From: Candidatus Hydrogenedentota bacterium
GTDB lineage: Bacteria > Hydrogenedentota > Hydrogenedentia > Hydrogenedentales > CAITNO01
Length of the DNA: 64,000 nucleotides
Assembly (NCBI GenBank): GCA_022706235.1
Contig: JAKJCY010000002.1
Coordinates: forward strand, 609 to 64,608
Reading direction: 5' to 3'
Shown: piece after piece, positions 37,374 to 48,200 of the stretch
Layout of the letters: each line of letters starts with the position of its first letter
Position numbering within the stretch: position 1 is the stretch's first letter
Position numbers and translations under genes: made by a program
Notes under the pieces: model-generated
What the model was told of the DNA's origin: nothing
The model's input: the letters and a program-made list of their open reading frames with translations, nothing else
The model's database searches: none

Positions 37374-37511
37374 ATGCAGTGCGCATTGTGCAACGAATAT
37401 ATTGATGACAATGAATTCGTCTTTGACGAAGCCTTTGAAATAGACGGCGAGTATTGGCATGCCGAATGTTATGCCGAATACTTTGGCGAAGAGTTGGAAG
37501 AAGCAGTCTAA
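37374..37511 (+). CDS. 45-aa acidic CxxC...HxxC small protein
   Basis: ATG 37374 with GAGGTGA upstream. It reads MQCALCNEYIDDNEFVFDEAFEIDGEYWHAECYAEYFGEELEEAV and is followed by a clean terminator. Confidence 0.5.
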   Translation: MQCALCNEYIDDNEFVFDEAFEIDGEYWHAECYAEYFGEELEEAV

Positions 37512-37542
37512 TTCTCAAAAAAGGAACCAATTGCATCGAGTG

Positions 37543-37578
37543 CCTCGGTCGTTTTATTTGACCGGGGTTTTGTTTTTT
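37543..37578 (+). terminator. Rho-independent terminator
   Basis: 8-bp stem cctcggtc/gaccgggg (one G-U pair) with a 9-nt loop, followed by ttttgtttttt. Confidence 0.7.
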
Positions 37579-38185
37579 GGGGGTGCGGGGATATGCACTC
37601 TTCGAATCAATGTTAATCCACTGTCTCTGCCGGTGGTCGTTGATTCTGTTCCATAACTTCGATGGACTTATTCCGCCTGTTTATGATATTATTTCTAGCG
37701 ACAGTTGAAATACAAAGCCTGCTAAGCCTGCAGGTGGATTTTATCCCTGCCATGTTCGATATGGCCTAAAAACGCGTGGCCTTTCACAGTGAACTGGGAG
37801 TTCAATATTTGAGCAGCCTACGTCAAGCCTCCCTCGAGGGGAAGTCGGATGACTGCCGTGAGAACACCCCCCTGTTGAGGGAAAGGTTCACACCGTTTTC
37901 AACCGCCAGTCGGCATGTGCGGGGTTTTTTTATTTATGGAGACCATTTACCATTATAAACTCCCAATCGGCGGTTAAAGGTGGAAAGGCGGTTCGGACTC
38001 TCCCCATACATTGTCCGCTTCCACCGATGTGCAAGGCCAGATTCCCTCACTCACTCCGATTTGCTCATAAATTGCAGTGTGGCAATCAGGCAATCTAAAC
38101 CTTACTCTGTGCGGATAGTGTCCCTAAAGGGTTCTCCTGCCCGCTCAGTTGTGAACGCGAGGATAACGCTTATAGAGGGTGTCTG

Positions 38186-39094
38186 ATGATTCGTTTTGGT
38201 CTTTGCTGTATCTTCATTGAAGAACCGATAAAATTTCGCACCATTACCGCTAAAACACTTTCCACCCTACCCCGACAACAACAATTGGAACGGATTTCTG
38301 ATATCTGCCTGAAAAACGCCGAGAATCTGGTTGAGTCTTTACATTCGGTTGCCCGCATGGGCATAGGCGCTTTTCGTATTCTTTCCTCCTTTTTCCCGCG
38401 ATATACGCATCCGGAAGCGGGCTATGTGCTGGAAGACCTGCCTGATGCCAAGAGTATCCTGAAGATACTGAAACATGTAAATCGGTTGCGCGGTGGCAAA
38501 AATATACGGTTGAGTTTTCACCCAGACCAGTTCGTGGTATTGAATTCACCGAACGAGGAAGTGGTCCGCAAATCGATTGCTGAGATTGAATATCATGCTG
38601 CCCTGGCAACACTGGTGGGCGCCGAAGTGATTAATATTCATGCTGGCGGCGGCTATGGGGATAAGGCGGCAAGTTTAAAACGGTTCGAGCGTGGTTATGC
38701 GCTATTGTCCGCTGCGGCGCAACAGCGCCTCACCCTCGAAAATGATGACGTTCTGTACACCCCTTCGGATCTTTTACCTCTATGCCGTGACCTGCGAATA
38801 CCGCTCGTCTATGACGTCCATCACCACCGTTGTAACCCGGATTCGCTTTCCGTAGAAGAAGCGACCGCCAAGGCGATGGAAACCTGGACACTGCGAAAAC
38901 AGGAACCCTATTCCCATGTATCCTCTCCAAAACAGGGATGGACCGGGCGTGACCCCAAGCCTCACGCGGATTATATTAACCCTGCCGACATTCCGGATTT
39001 CTGGCGGGACATCGGCCCCTTTACCCTGGATGTGGAGGCTAAACACAAGGAAAAGGCCGTAGTAAAATTGATGGACGAATGGCCCATAAGATAG
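38186..39094 (+). CDS. uvsE: UV damage endonuclease (UvdE/UvsE)
   Basis: 302 aa. MIRFGLCCIF..., ENL..L......G....RISS-type pattern, and a HPDQFVVLNS...INIHAGG motif. Confidence 0.85.
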   Translation: MIRFGLCCIFIEEPIKFRTITAKTLSTLPRQQQLERISDICLKNAENLVESLHSVARMGIGAFRILSSFFPRYTHPEAGYVLEDLPDAKSILKILKHVNRLRGGKNIRLSFHPDQFVVLNSPNEEVVRKSIAEIEYHAALATLVGAEVINIHAGGGYGDKAASLKRFERGYALLSAAAQQRLTLENDDVLYTPSDLLPLCRDLRIPLVYDVHHHRCNPDSLSVEEATAKAMETWTLRKQEPYSHVSSPKQGWTGRDPKPHADYINPADIPDFWRDIGPFTLDVEAKHKEKAVVKLMDEWPIR

Positions 39095-39213
39095 GATTAA
39101 GGTTGTTGTCTCTCTGTTACAGAGATATCTTTCTGTTTCGAAGGCATTATTAGATTATTGGCTCGTGGCCGCAATAAAAACAAGAAATTGAATCGCCGTA
39201 CGGAGGTTGTTTT

Positions 39214-39341
39214 GGAGTGCGCAAGCCATGCTTGCGCTTTCGATTTCTTGCTGGTTTGCAACAAAAAGCATTTTATTGATACTCCATTTCACAGGCAACG
39301 CGAAAGCGAAAGTAAAAGCGCAAGTATGGCTTGCGCACTCC
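39214..39341. repeat. Two REP-like GC-rich hairpins in inverted orientation
   Basis: ggagtgcgcaagccatgcttgcgctttcg (39214-39242) and aaaagcgcaagtatggcttgcgcactcc (39314-39341). Each contains its own gcgcaag...cttgcgc stem. Confidence 0.7.
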
Positions 39342-39467
39342 AAAATATTCAAAATCCTGAGTTGCGAGTAACGCCCAAGTTGCTGGTCCTTAGAAGGCGT
39401 TTATGATAAATATGCGTTTACCATCTCGCTTACGCTACCATCGTTTACAATTAGTCGAGTATAAGCC

Positions 39468-40922
39468 ATGAGTACACCTGAACCGAAAATAGTTCTTATC
39501 GCAGGGGCAACGGGATATGTGGGCGGTCGTTTACTACGCGTGCTGGAAGAAAAAGGGGTACCTGTCCGATGTCTTGCACGAAGGCCGGAGGTGCTCCAGA
39601 CACGGGTCGGACCGCAGACGGAAGTTATCAAAGGCGATTTGGCATTCCCGGAGACCCTCCCTGCCGCCTTCGATGGCGTCAGTTGTGCGTATTATCTGGT
39701 TCATTCCCTGGGGAACCGGGACGATTTTGAGTCGGAAGAGGAACGCACCGCGCAGCACTTTGCAACGGCGGCACGAAACGCCGGGGTACGGCGGATACTC
39801 TATCTCGGTGGGCTTTGCGATGAAAACGCGCCTCCTTCCGCCCATATGCGCAGCCGCCTGCGTGTGGGCGAGATTTTGCGCGGTTCGGGCCTGGAAACGA
39901 TTGAATTTCGCGCTTCGATTATCATCGGCAGCGGCAGCCTGTCCTTCGAGCTCATTCGCGCGCTCGTTCACCGCCTGCCCGTCATGGTGACGCCACGCTG
40001 GGTCAATGTAAAAGCGCAACCTATTGCTATCCAGGACGTCCTTGCCTATCTGACGGTCGCCCTCGATCTTGAACCGGGTCCCAATCGCATCTATGAAATT
40101 GGCGGCGCGGAACGGATGTCCTATCTTGACCTTATGCGTGAATATGGCCAAATAGCGGGCTTACGCCGCTTCTTCATCCCGGTTCCTGTCCTGACACCCT
40201 GGCTATCCAGCCTGTGGCTCGGCCTCGTGACGCCGGTATTTTCTTCCATTGGCCGAAAATTGATTGAAAGCATTACGACACCCAGCGTTGTTCATAATAC
40301 AAAGGCCTTGAGCGATTTTCCCTTCAAGCCACAGGGGGTCAAGGATGCGATTATCCTGGCGCTTCGACAGGAAGACCGGCAGTTTGCTGAAACCCGATGG
40401 ACAGACGCCTTGTCCTCCGTCAAAAACATACAGTGGGGCGGTGTTGTATTTGGCAACCGCATTGTGGATGCCCGCAGGATTCACGTGGATACCGCTCCTG
40501 AAAATACCTTTGCGGCGATTCAGCGTATCGGCGGCAAAAACGGATGGTATTATGGCAATTGGTTGTGGCGGTTGCGCGGCTTGCTGGACTGGGCGATCGG
40601 CGGCGTGGGTATGCATCGCGGGCGGCGTGATCCCGAACAGCTGCGTCTGGGCGATGTCATAGACTGCTGGCGGGTGGAGGAAATTGATGCTCCGCGCCTG
40701 TTGCGCTTGTTCGCGGAAATGCGCCTGCCCGGACGAGCCTGGTTGCAGTTTGAGGTAACCCCGGAAGAAACAGGTTCCCAGATAGTACAAACGGCCCTAT
40801 ATGATCCCGTGGGAGTGCTGGGACTGCTCTACTGGTATGCCCTGTACCCAATCCACCAATGTGTGTTTGCGGGCATGCTTAAAGGAGTTGCCAGAAAAGC
40901 GCGGGAAATTTCCGGATACTGA
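39468..40922 (+). CDS. NAD(P)-binding SDR/NmrA-like domain fused to DUF2867
   Basis: 484 aa. N-terminal IAGATGYVGGRL Rossmann motif. The C-terminal WRVEEID...AEMRLPGRAWLQFEV pattern resembles DUF2867. Confidence 0.75.
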   Translation: MSTPEPKIVLIAGATGYVGGRLLRVLEEKGVPVRCLARRPEVLQTRVGPQTEVIKGDLAFPETLPAAFDGVSCAYYLVHSLGNRDDFESEEERTAQHFATAARNAGVRRILYLGGLCDENAPPSAHMRSRLRVGEILRGSGLETIEFRASIIIGSGSLSFELIRALVHRLPVMVTPRWVNVKAQPIAIQDVLAYLTVALDLEPGPNRIYEIGGAERMSYLDLMREYGQIAGLRRFFIPVPVLTPWLSSLWLGLVTPVFSSIGRKLIESITTPSVVHNTKALSDFPFKPQGVKDAIILALRQEDRQFAETRWTDALSSVKNIQWGGVVFGNRIVDARRIHVDTAPENTFAAIQRIGGKNGWYYGNWLWRLRGLLDWAIGGVGMHRGRRDPEQLRLGDVIDCWRVEEIDAPRLLRLFAEMRLPGRAWLQFEVTPEETGSQIVQTALYDPVGVLGLLYWYALYPIHQCVFAGMLKGVARKAREISGY

Positions 40923-41167
40923 AACCAGTCGAAAATACTAAAGCGTTCGTGGGTGACTTGCGTCAGCAGAACGAAGGGAAAAGGAATATACCCGTGCCTC
41001 TGGCTTACCAGTAACAACGAAAGTTTTCATAGAAATATTTGTGGCAATACTCAAGTAGTGTAATCTCGACGGAATCAACAACCACAGGCAGAGCTGCTGG
41101 ATTAACCTTGATTTCGCAAAGATGGTTTCCCGCTTTTCATCGTTATACCGAAGCGGGCATAACTTTA

Positions 41168-42655
41168 TCACGTCAACTGGCTTGAGGATGTTGCTGCCAT
41201 TGTCGGCCCTTGGAATTCTTCGCCGTTAAGGTACCGGTTTATGGAGGCTGCGGCGGTACGCGCCTGGCCCATGGCGCTAATGACGGTAGCGGCGCCGGAG
41301 ACAATATCGCCTGCTGCGAACACGCCGGGAACACTGGTCGCCATGGTCTCCTCATCCACGATGATAGTACCCCACTTGGAGGTGGCCAGGTCGGGCATGG
41401 AACGCGGGATCAGGGGATTGGGGTTGTTGCCAATGGCGATGACCACCGTGTCCACGTCAATGACAAACTCGGAACCTTTTACAGGCACGGGACGGCGACG
41501 GCCGGAGTCATCCGGTTCGCCCAGTTCCATCTGAATGCACTCGATACCAGTGACGCGATGCCGTTCATCGCCCAGGATGCGCTTGGGATTGGTGAGCAGT
41601 TTCATTTTCACGCCTTCCTGTTCGGCGTGATGGACTTCTTCGATACGGGCGGGCATCTGTTCCTTGGCGCGACGGTATACAATATGCACGTCGCCACCCA
41701 GGCGAAGGGCGGTCCGGGCGGAGTCCATGGCGACATTACCACCGCCCACTACGGCGACCCGTTCGCGGCGGATGGGCGGGGTGTCGTATTTCGGGAACAG
41801 GTAGGATTTCATCAGGTTGGAACGGGTGAGGTATTCGTTGGCGCTGTAGACACCGACCAAATTTTCACCTGGAATGCCCAGGAAGGCGGGCAACCCTGCG
41901 CCGGTGCCAATAAAGACGGCATTGTATCCTTCGTCCTCGAACAACTCACGAATGGTGGCGTTCCGGCCGACCACGAAATCCATTACAAATTCGACGCCCA
42001 TCTGCTTGAGGAAATTCACTTCCGCTTTTACTATTTCTTTTGGTAGGCGAAATTCCGGGATGCCGTACACCAGCACGCCGCCGGTTTCCTGCAACGCCTC
42101 GAATACCGTAACCTCATGACCCATACGGATAAGATCACCCGCGGCGGTGAGACCCGCAGGGCCGGCACCGATGATGGCCACCTTCTTACCGGTCTTAGGC
42201 GGCAGAACGGGCGTGGCCACGGCACCGCTTTCCCGTTCATAATCGGCGACAAAACGTTCGAGTCGGCCGACAGCGACGGGCTCCCCTTTGAGGCCAAGGA
42301 TGCATTTGCTCTCGCACTGTTCTTCCTGGGGACATACGCGGCCGCAAATGGCAGGCAGCGCGTTCTGTTCTTTTAGATGCTGAGCGGCTTCAATAAAGTT
42401 TCCCTCCTGTATAAGGGCAATAAAACCGGGGATATCCACATGGACCGGGCAGCCATCCACGCATTTGGGCTTTTTGCAGTTGAGGCAACGGCTGGCCTCA
42501 AGCATAGCAAGTTCCGGTGTATACCCGTAGGGCACTTCATAGAAATTCCGCGCCCGGTCCTCTGGTGCCTGCTCGGGCATGGCCTGTCGCGGAGGACGTT
42601 CTTTCTTCGGCTTGGGTTCTAAAACGGGGTTATCGCTATTGGATATGTCTGCCAT
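41168..42655 (-). CDS. NfnB/GltD-like NADPH-dependent FAD oxidoreductase (glutamate synthase small-subunit family)
   Basis: 495 aa. Two N-terminal Cys clusters (CLNCKKPKCVDGCP, CGRVCPQEEQCESKC). IIGAGPAGLTAA and VVGGGNVAMD dinucleotide-binding motifs. Confidence 0.85.
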   Translation of the reverse strand: MADISNSDNPVLEPKPKKERPPRQAMPEQAPEDRARNFYEVPYGYTPELAMLEASRCLNCKKPKCVDGCPVHVDIPGFIALIQEGNFIEAAQHLKEQNALPAICGRVCPQEEQCESKCILGLKGEPVAVGRLERFVADYERESGAVATPVLPPKTGKKVAIIGAGPAGLTAAGDLIRMGHEVTVFEALQETGGVLVYGIPEFRLPKEIVKAEVNFLKQMGVEFVMDFVVGRNATIRELFEDEGYNAVFIGTGAGLPAFLGIPGENLVGVYSANEYLTRSNLMKSYLFPKYDTPPIRRERVAVVGGGNVAMDSARTALRLGGDVHIVYRRAKEQMPARIEEVHHAEQEGVKMKLLTNPKRILGDERHRVTGIECIQMELGEPDDSGRRRPVPVKGSEFVIDVDTVVIAIGNNPNPLIPRSMPDLATSKWGTIIVDEETMATSVPGVFAAGDIVSGAATVISAMGQARTAAASINRYLNGEEFQGPTMAATSSSQLT

Positions 42656-42683
42656 GTTGTCGCTCTTCCATTATCCGTGTGGG

Positions 42684-45200
42684 TTACGCCCGGCCGCATC
42701 CACAGCCGCGGCCGTGGGCATGATGGGTGTGTTCTACGGGTTCTGTCGTCAATAAGGAACCGATTTCCGCCTCGCTATAGGCGTTACGCCGGTCTTTCAA
42801 TTCTTCCCAGTCAATCAGGTGCGCATCAAAGAACGGGCCATCCACGCAGGCGAACTTCGTCTTACCATCCACCGTAACACGGCAGGCGCCGCACATACCC
42901 GTGCCGTCCAGCATGATGGGATTCAGGGCCGCCCACACGGGGATGTCCAGGTTGCCCGTTTCCGCCGCCACCGTCTTCATCATGAAGGGACAGCCCACGA
43001 CGATGACGCGGTCCGCTTTTAAACCCGCCTTTAGTTTGCGCAAAAGCACATCGATGGCGTGGCCCTTTACTCCGTTGGACCCGTCTATAGTTGAAGCGAT
43101 GAATTCGTCCGCCACCGATGCCAATTCCTCTTGATAATAGTGCAGGTAGTGGCTGCGCGCCTCGACGATGAGAATGACCTGGTTTCCGGCGGCTCGCAGC
43201 GCCTTGGCATTGGCAATATGCGCACCGATACCGTAACAGCCGCCAAGAAGCACGACGGTGCCGAACGTATCAATCTCAAGGGGTGTGCCCAAAGGCCCGA
43301 CGATATGGGCGGCGACATCGCCCGCCTGCATCAGGGACAGTTTTCGGCTGCTTTGGCCCTTTTCCTGGACGATTAGCCTAATGGAGCCTTCCCCGGTATC
43401 CCAGTCGCACAGGGTATAGGGCACACGCTCGGACGTCGCATCAGCCATGATGATGACGAATTGTCCTGCCTTGGCCTTTTTGGCGACGGCCGGGGCGTAA
43501 AACGTAATTTCATGGTTATTCGGTGATATTTCACGTTTCGTGAGTATCTGGAAAGGTATTTTTTCACCGGAAAGGTTTCTCGCGGCAGTATTGGCCGCTT
43601 CTGACGCGACCGTGGCATCGCCGTCAACGGGCAGGCTGCGAAGACCGCCCACCAGCGAAGCGAGATTATGACCCCGAAACCATGCACGGCGTTTTGAGGG
43701 ATCAGATGCCGCGTCAGGCGTGGAGGCACGTTTGGTAAAAAGGGCGGGAGCGGGAAGACCGGCGGCACCCCCGATAGAAGCGATTTCCCTGTCCATTAAT
43801 TTGGGAGCGCCAAGTTCCGCAGCCAAATCAAGGCATATGTCCCGGTCAGGCCGTGCTTGCCCGGGCGCGATAGTCAGGCGGACCAGAGGCCGCGTGACAC
43901 CGTCATTATCCAGAACGGTCCCATCGGTTTCCGTGAAGATGGCGGCGGGAAATACAACATCGGCTTTGTCAAGCGAGGGAGAAGTATAGCAGTCCTGTAA
44001 AATCAGCACTTCAAGCGCATCGCGCTGTGCTTCGTTCAGGAAATTGCCGGCCACCAGCGCAGCCTTGACAGATTCAGGCAGCGTTGCTTTCCCCTTGCCG
44101 CGCTCGCCGGGGGGCAATTCATGGTAGTGCGGCGATGCCATGACTTCATTGGTAAACTTTTTAAGGACAAACCTGTCTTCAAGAGGAATTGAAGCATCAC
44201 AAAGGAGGGCAAAGGCCTCGCCTTGATAACGCGTTAGTTTATCCGCAGCGGCCTTCAGTGCCTCGGCCCAGCTGACTTCACGAAGTACTTTACCAACCCG
44301 CACTTGGGGAACACGGAGTCTTTCCGTTCCGTTCATGAAAGGTGCCGTAGCGAAGCGGCCCAACACACACAACGGCCGGTCGGGATCAACGGCGCGCACA
44401 GAAACCGCCTTTCCGTTTTCTATCCCTACACTGATGCCGCACCCGGCATCACAAAACATGCAGGTGGTTTCCGCCCAGGAATCGGGCTCGCCGAACCATT
44501 TCGCGAAACGATCGGCAAGACTGCCTGTGGGGCATACATCCACACAGGACCCGCAAAAGCGGCAATCCGCATCCATCAGGGTGCGTCCGAAGGCCTCACC
44601 GATACGGGCGATGCTGCTTCGTCCGACGAAGTCGATGATGGAAGCATTATGCTGATGCTTGCAGACGCGTACGCAGCGCCCGCACAAGATGCAGAGGTTT
44701 AAGTCCCGGTCAATAAACGGTTCCGAACGGTCCAGTGGCCTGAAATGATACAAAGGCGGCACAGCCAGTTCGGTAAACCCCAGGTCCGCGGAAAGTTTTC
44801 TTACCTCGCAGACTTCTTTATTGTTACAGGTATGGCAACCCGTGGTACGCCCGACCTTTTCCGAACTGGGACGGAACTCGTCGCATTGCTCCCGGCGCGC
44901 GCATATCAGGCATGCGCTGGGATGTTCCAGCATCATCAGTCCCAAAATATTTCGTCGCAGTTCACGTAAGGCTTCCGTGTCGGCATGCACCACCATCCCC
45001 TCCGCCGCCGGCGTAGTGCATGCCGTGGGATACCCGCGCATGCCTTCTATTTCGACCATGCACATGCGGCATGCCCCAAAGGGGGGCAGACTCGGGTGGG
45101 TGCACAGGTGCGGTATTTCTATGCCATGTCTCAGGGCGCAAGTCAGGACGGTTTCGTTCGGCTCGGCCGTTACCCGTTGTTCATTAATGGTTAGTTCCAT
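42684..45200 (-). CDS. Fusion protein: NuoG/formate-dehydrogenase-like Fe-S N-terminus + truncated molybdopterin-like domain + NfnA/PyrK-like FAD/NAD(P) and 2Fe-2S domain
   Basis: 838 aa. 2Fe-2S ferredoxin start (LCTHPSLPPFGACRMCMVE), the His-ligated cluster motif HPSACLIC, and 2x CxxCxxCxxxCP. The C-terminal ~290 aa (FQILTKREI...GTGMCGACRV...) resemble the small subunit of NfnAB/sulfide dehydrogenase. Confidence 0.75.
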   Translation of the reverse strand: MELTINEQRVTAEPNETVLTCALRHGIEIPHLCTHPSLPPFGACRMCMVEIEGMRGYPTACTTPAAEGMVVHADTEALRELRRNILGLMMLEHPSACLICARREQCDEFRPSSEKVGRTTGCHTCNNKEVCEVRKLSADLGFTELAVPPLYHFRPLDRSEPFIDRDLNLCILCGRCVRVCKHQHNASIIDFVGRSSIARIGEAFGRTLMDADCRFCGSCVDVCPTGSLADRFAKWFGEPDSWAETTCMFCDAGCGISVGIENGKAVSVRAVDPDRPLCVLGRFATAPFMNGTERLRVPQVRVGKVLREVSWAEALKAAADKLTRYQGEAFALLCDASIPLEDRFVLKKFTNEVMASPHYHELPPGERGKGKATLPESVKAALVAGNFLNEAQRDALEVLILQDCYTSPSLDKADVVFPAAIFTETDGTVLDNDGVTRPLVRLTIAPGQARPDRDICLDLAAELGAPKLMDREIASIGGAAGLPAPALFTKRASTPDAASDPSKRRAWFRGHNLASLVGGLRSLPVDGDATVASEAANTAARNLSGEKIPFQILTKREISPNNHEITFYAPAVAKKAKAGQFVIIMADATSERVPYTLCDWDTGEGSIRLIVQEKGQSSRKLSLMQAGDVAAHIVGPLGTPLEIDTFGTVVLLGGCYGIGAHIANAKALRAAGNQVILIVEARSHYLHYYQEELASVADEFIASTIDGSNGVKGHAIDVLLRKLKAGLKADRVIVVGCPFMMKTVAAETGNLDIPVWAALNPIMLDGTGMCGACRVTVDGKTKFACVDGPFFDAHLIDWEELKDRRNAYSEAEIGSLLTTEPVEHTHHAHGRGCGCGRA

Positions 45201-45251
45201 GTAAGGACTGTCCTATGTTATACCGCGCAAACACGGTGTCGATAAAAGCAC

Positions 45252-48200
45252 TTATCGCTGATGTTCTTTGCAATAATCACAACGCAGGCATCGGCGCGCC
45301 TGCCCTACCGCGTCTTCATCCGTATAGGCGCTGAACGCATCGTCAAAACTGTCTTTTTGTTTTTCTATCCGTCCGCGATCGACCACGAGCCTGGCAATGG
45401 GAGCGGGTTCAGCGTCCGGGTCGCATGGCGTATCCACAAGCGGCTGGACTCTCCAGAACGCATGAGATTCCCCCGTGAGAAACCGGTCCAGTTCCACGGC
45501 GGCGCGCTCGCCGGACGCAATCGCATCTATGACCTCTCCCCCGCCTGAGGTCGCTTCTCCACAGGCGAAAATCCACGGCACGCTGCTTTGCTGCGTGTGC
45601 GGGTTCACACGGAGGAATCCGGCCGCATCCGTTTCAAGACCCGTCTCATCACAGCAACCGGCAATATTCGTGGTCCTTCCGATAGCGATAATCACCTGGT
45701 CCGTTTCCAGGTCAAACCAGCTGTTTTCCAGGGGTTGTGGTGCGGGTCGTCCACTGAGGTCAAAGTGACCGGGTTCCATCCGGACGCAGGTAATGCCCGT
45801 CACGCGTTTGTCCGCTGTTTTGATGGCGACCGGCCCCGCCAGCGGAACGAGATGGACCCCTTCGCGCTCCGCCTGGTCGATACAGTCCTCGTATGCGGTC
45901 ATCTCACGTCGGGTGCGCCTGTATACCAGGGACACTTCCGTGGCGCCAAGACGCCGTGCCACTCTTGCCGCATCCACTGCGGCGTTGTTCCCGCCAATAA
46001 CCACGACTTTCCTGCCTGTAGATGGAGACTGATTCGCATTAAAAGCCGCCAAATATGCACCGGCGTTCATAACGCCCGCCGCATCTTCTCCGGGGATATT
46101 CAAGGCCTTTGAAACAGCCGAGCCTGAACTGAGAATAACTCCTTCATAGCCTTCTGCGCGAAGCGAAGATAGCGTGATATCGGTTCCCAGTCGTTTGTTC
46201 AATTCCAGGTGAACCCCGAGCCCTAGAATCATTTCTATTTCCCGTTCAACCGCGTTGCGGGGGAGCCGGAATTCAGGAATGGTGCTGGTTAGCAGGCCCC
46301 CCGGCTTGTTCGCAGCGTCATATACCACGGGGCTGTACCCCAGCCGCGCCAAAAAATAAGCGGCGGTAAGACCCGCCGGACCGGCGCCGACAATGGCCAC
46401 TTTGCGCGTTGCATTGGCGGCATTCGATTTTACCTGCGGCGGCGCAACAGCGTCTTCGTGTTCTATGATATATTGCGCTATCTCTTGAATCGAAACCGGC
46501 GCGTCCACCGTACCCCGCTGGCAGCGGTTTTCACAAGGATGGGAACAAATATAACCGCACACAGCGGCAAAAGGATTGCGCTCCCGATGAAGCCTGGCGG
46601 CTTCATCAAATCGTTTTTCGGCGGAAAGCGACACGAAACCGGGAATGTAAACGCCCGCAGGGCATCCGCTCATGCAGGGGGTGCGCATTAACGCCTCGCA
46701 CACACCGGCAGGGCAGCGTTTTTCAACAATATGAGTTATGTATTCTTCCCGGAAATATTGCAGGGTGCACAGTACCGGGTTTGCCGCCGTCTGGCCAAGA
46801 CCGCACAGAGAACCGTTTTTCACCGTGCGTGCGATACTTTCCAGCGTTGCGAGATCGTTCATATCCGCTTTACCGTCGGCAATCTTAGTGACCAGGGAAA
46901 GCATGGCACGGGTGCCCACGCGGCAGGGCGGGCATTTACCGCAGGATTCATTCTGGGTAAACGTCAAGAAATAACGGACCAGATCCACGATACAGGTCTG
47001 TTCATCCAGCACAATCATACCGCCGGAACCCATAATACTTCCGGCCTGTGCAAGCGCCTCATACTCCACGAGCAGGTCAAACTTGGAAGCGGGCAAACAG
47101 CCGCCGGAAGGCCCCCCCGTCTGCACCGCTTTTACCGTGCGTCCCATGGGCGCACCACCGCCGATCTTGTAAATGATGTCCAGAAGGGATATGCCCAGCG
47201 GAACCTCGATTAGGCCGGGGCGTTTGACACTGCCGGCCATGGAAAAGGAACGGGTGCCCTTGTTGTTTTCTGAACCGCACCGGGTATACCACGCTGCGCC
47301 GTTGCGCAAAATCAAGGGCAGGTTGCCCAGGGTCTCCACATTTTGGATATTTGTGGGATAGCCCCACAAGCCGCTCACCGCCGGGAATGGCGGACGGGGT
47401 CTCGGCATACCGCGGCGGCTCTCGATGGCGGCAATCAGCGCGGTTTCCTCGCCGCACACATAGGCGCCCGCACCGCGTTTTACCGTGATATCGAAAGAGA
47501 ACCCCGAACCGGCAATGTTCTCGCCGAGCAGGCCGGCCTCGCGCATCTGTTTGATGGCGAGTTTCAGCCGCTTGAGCACCGTTCCATATTCCACGCCGAC
47601 ATAAATGTACGCCGCGGTGGCATTCATGGCATACCCGGCAATGAGCATGCCTTCCAGCACGGCATGGGGATCGCCCTCGATAAGCGTGCGGTTCATGAAG
47701 GAGCCGGGGTCGCCCTCGGAGCAATTGCAGATGAGGAAACGTTTCTCGCCCGGGCTGTTCCGGCAGAACTCCCACTTTTTGAACGTGGGAAATCCGGCGC
47801 CACCGCGACCGCGAAGACCGGAATTTTTCACCTCCTCCAATGTTTTTTCCGAGCCAATATCCAAAGCGCGAAGAAAACCCCGATATCCGTCACGGGCAAG
47901 GTAATGATGAAAATTCTCCGGGTCAATAATACCGCAGTTACGAAAAATACGGCGCACCTGATGGCGCATGACCGCATGGTCACTCAACTTCGGGATACCA
48001 TTGGCTGTTTCTGCATCCATGACGCCCAGCGCCCATTGTGAGCAAGGGTCGCTGCCGAGGACGTGCTGGTGAAGAATGGCCAGAATCTGATGGGGACCCA
48101 CATTCCCGTAACAGATCCGGGGCGCTCCCGGCTTATGCACAATGACCAGCGGTTCGAGGTAGCAAGGGCCAAGACAGCCTACTTCAATGACCTTTGCCTT

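Noticed and set aside
39155-39406. Two overlapping small ORFs (65 aa on the minus strand, 82 aa on the plus strand)
   Set aside because: They are generated by the inverted REP-like hairpins (pseudo-peptides ECASHACAF / SASMACALQN). They are not coding.
40938-41171. 77-aa minus-strand ORF between two convergent genes
   Set aside because: It has no start context or recognisable features and lies in a convergent terminator region.
41210-48041. Long antisense ORFs in the redox operon (41210-42046, 44304-44702, 47077-47775, 47343-48041 and others)
   Set aside because: They are shadow frames opposite or overlapping genes that have unambiguous Fe-S and flavin motifs.
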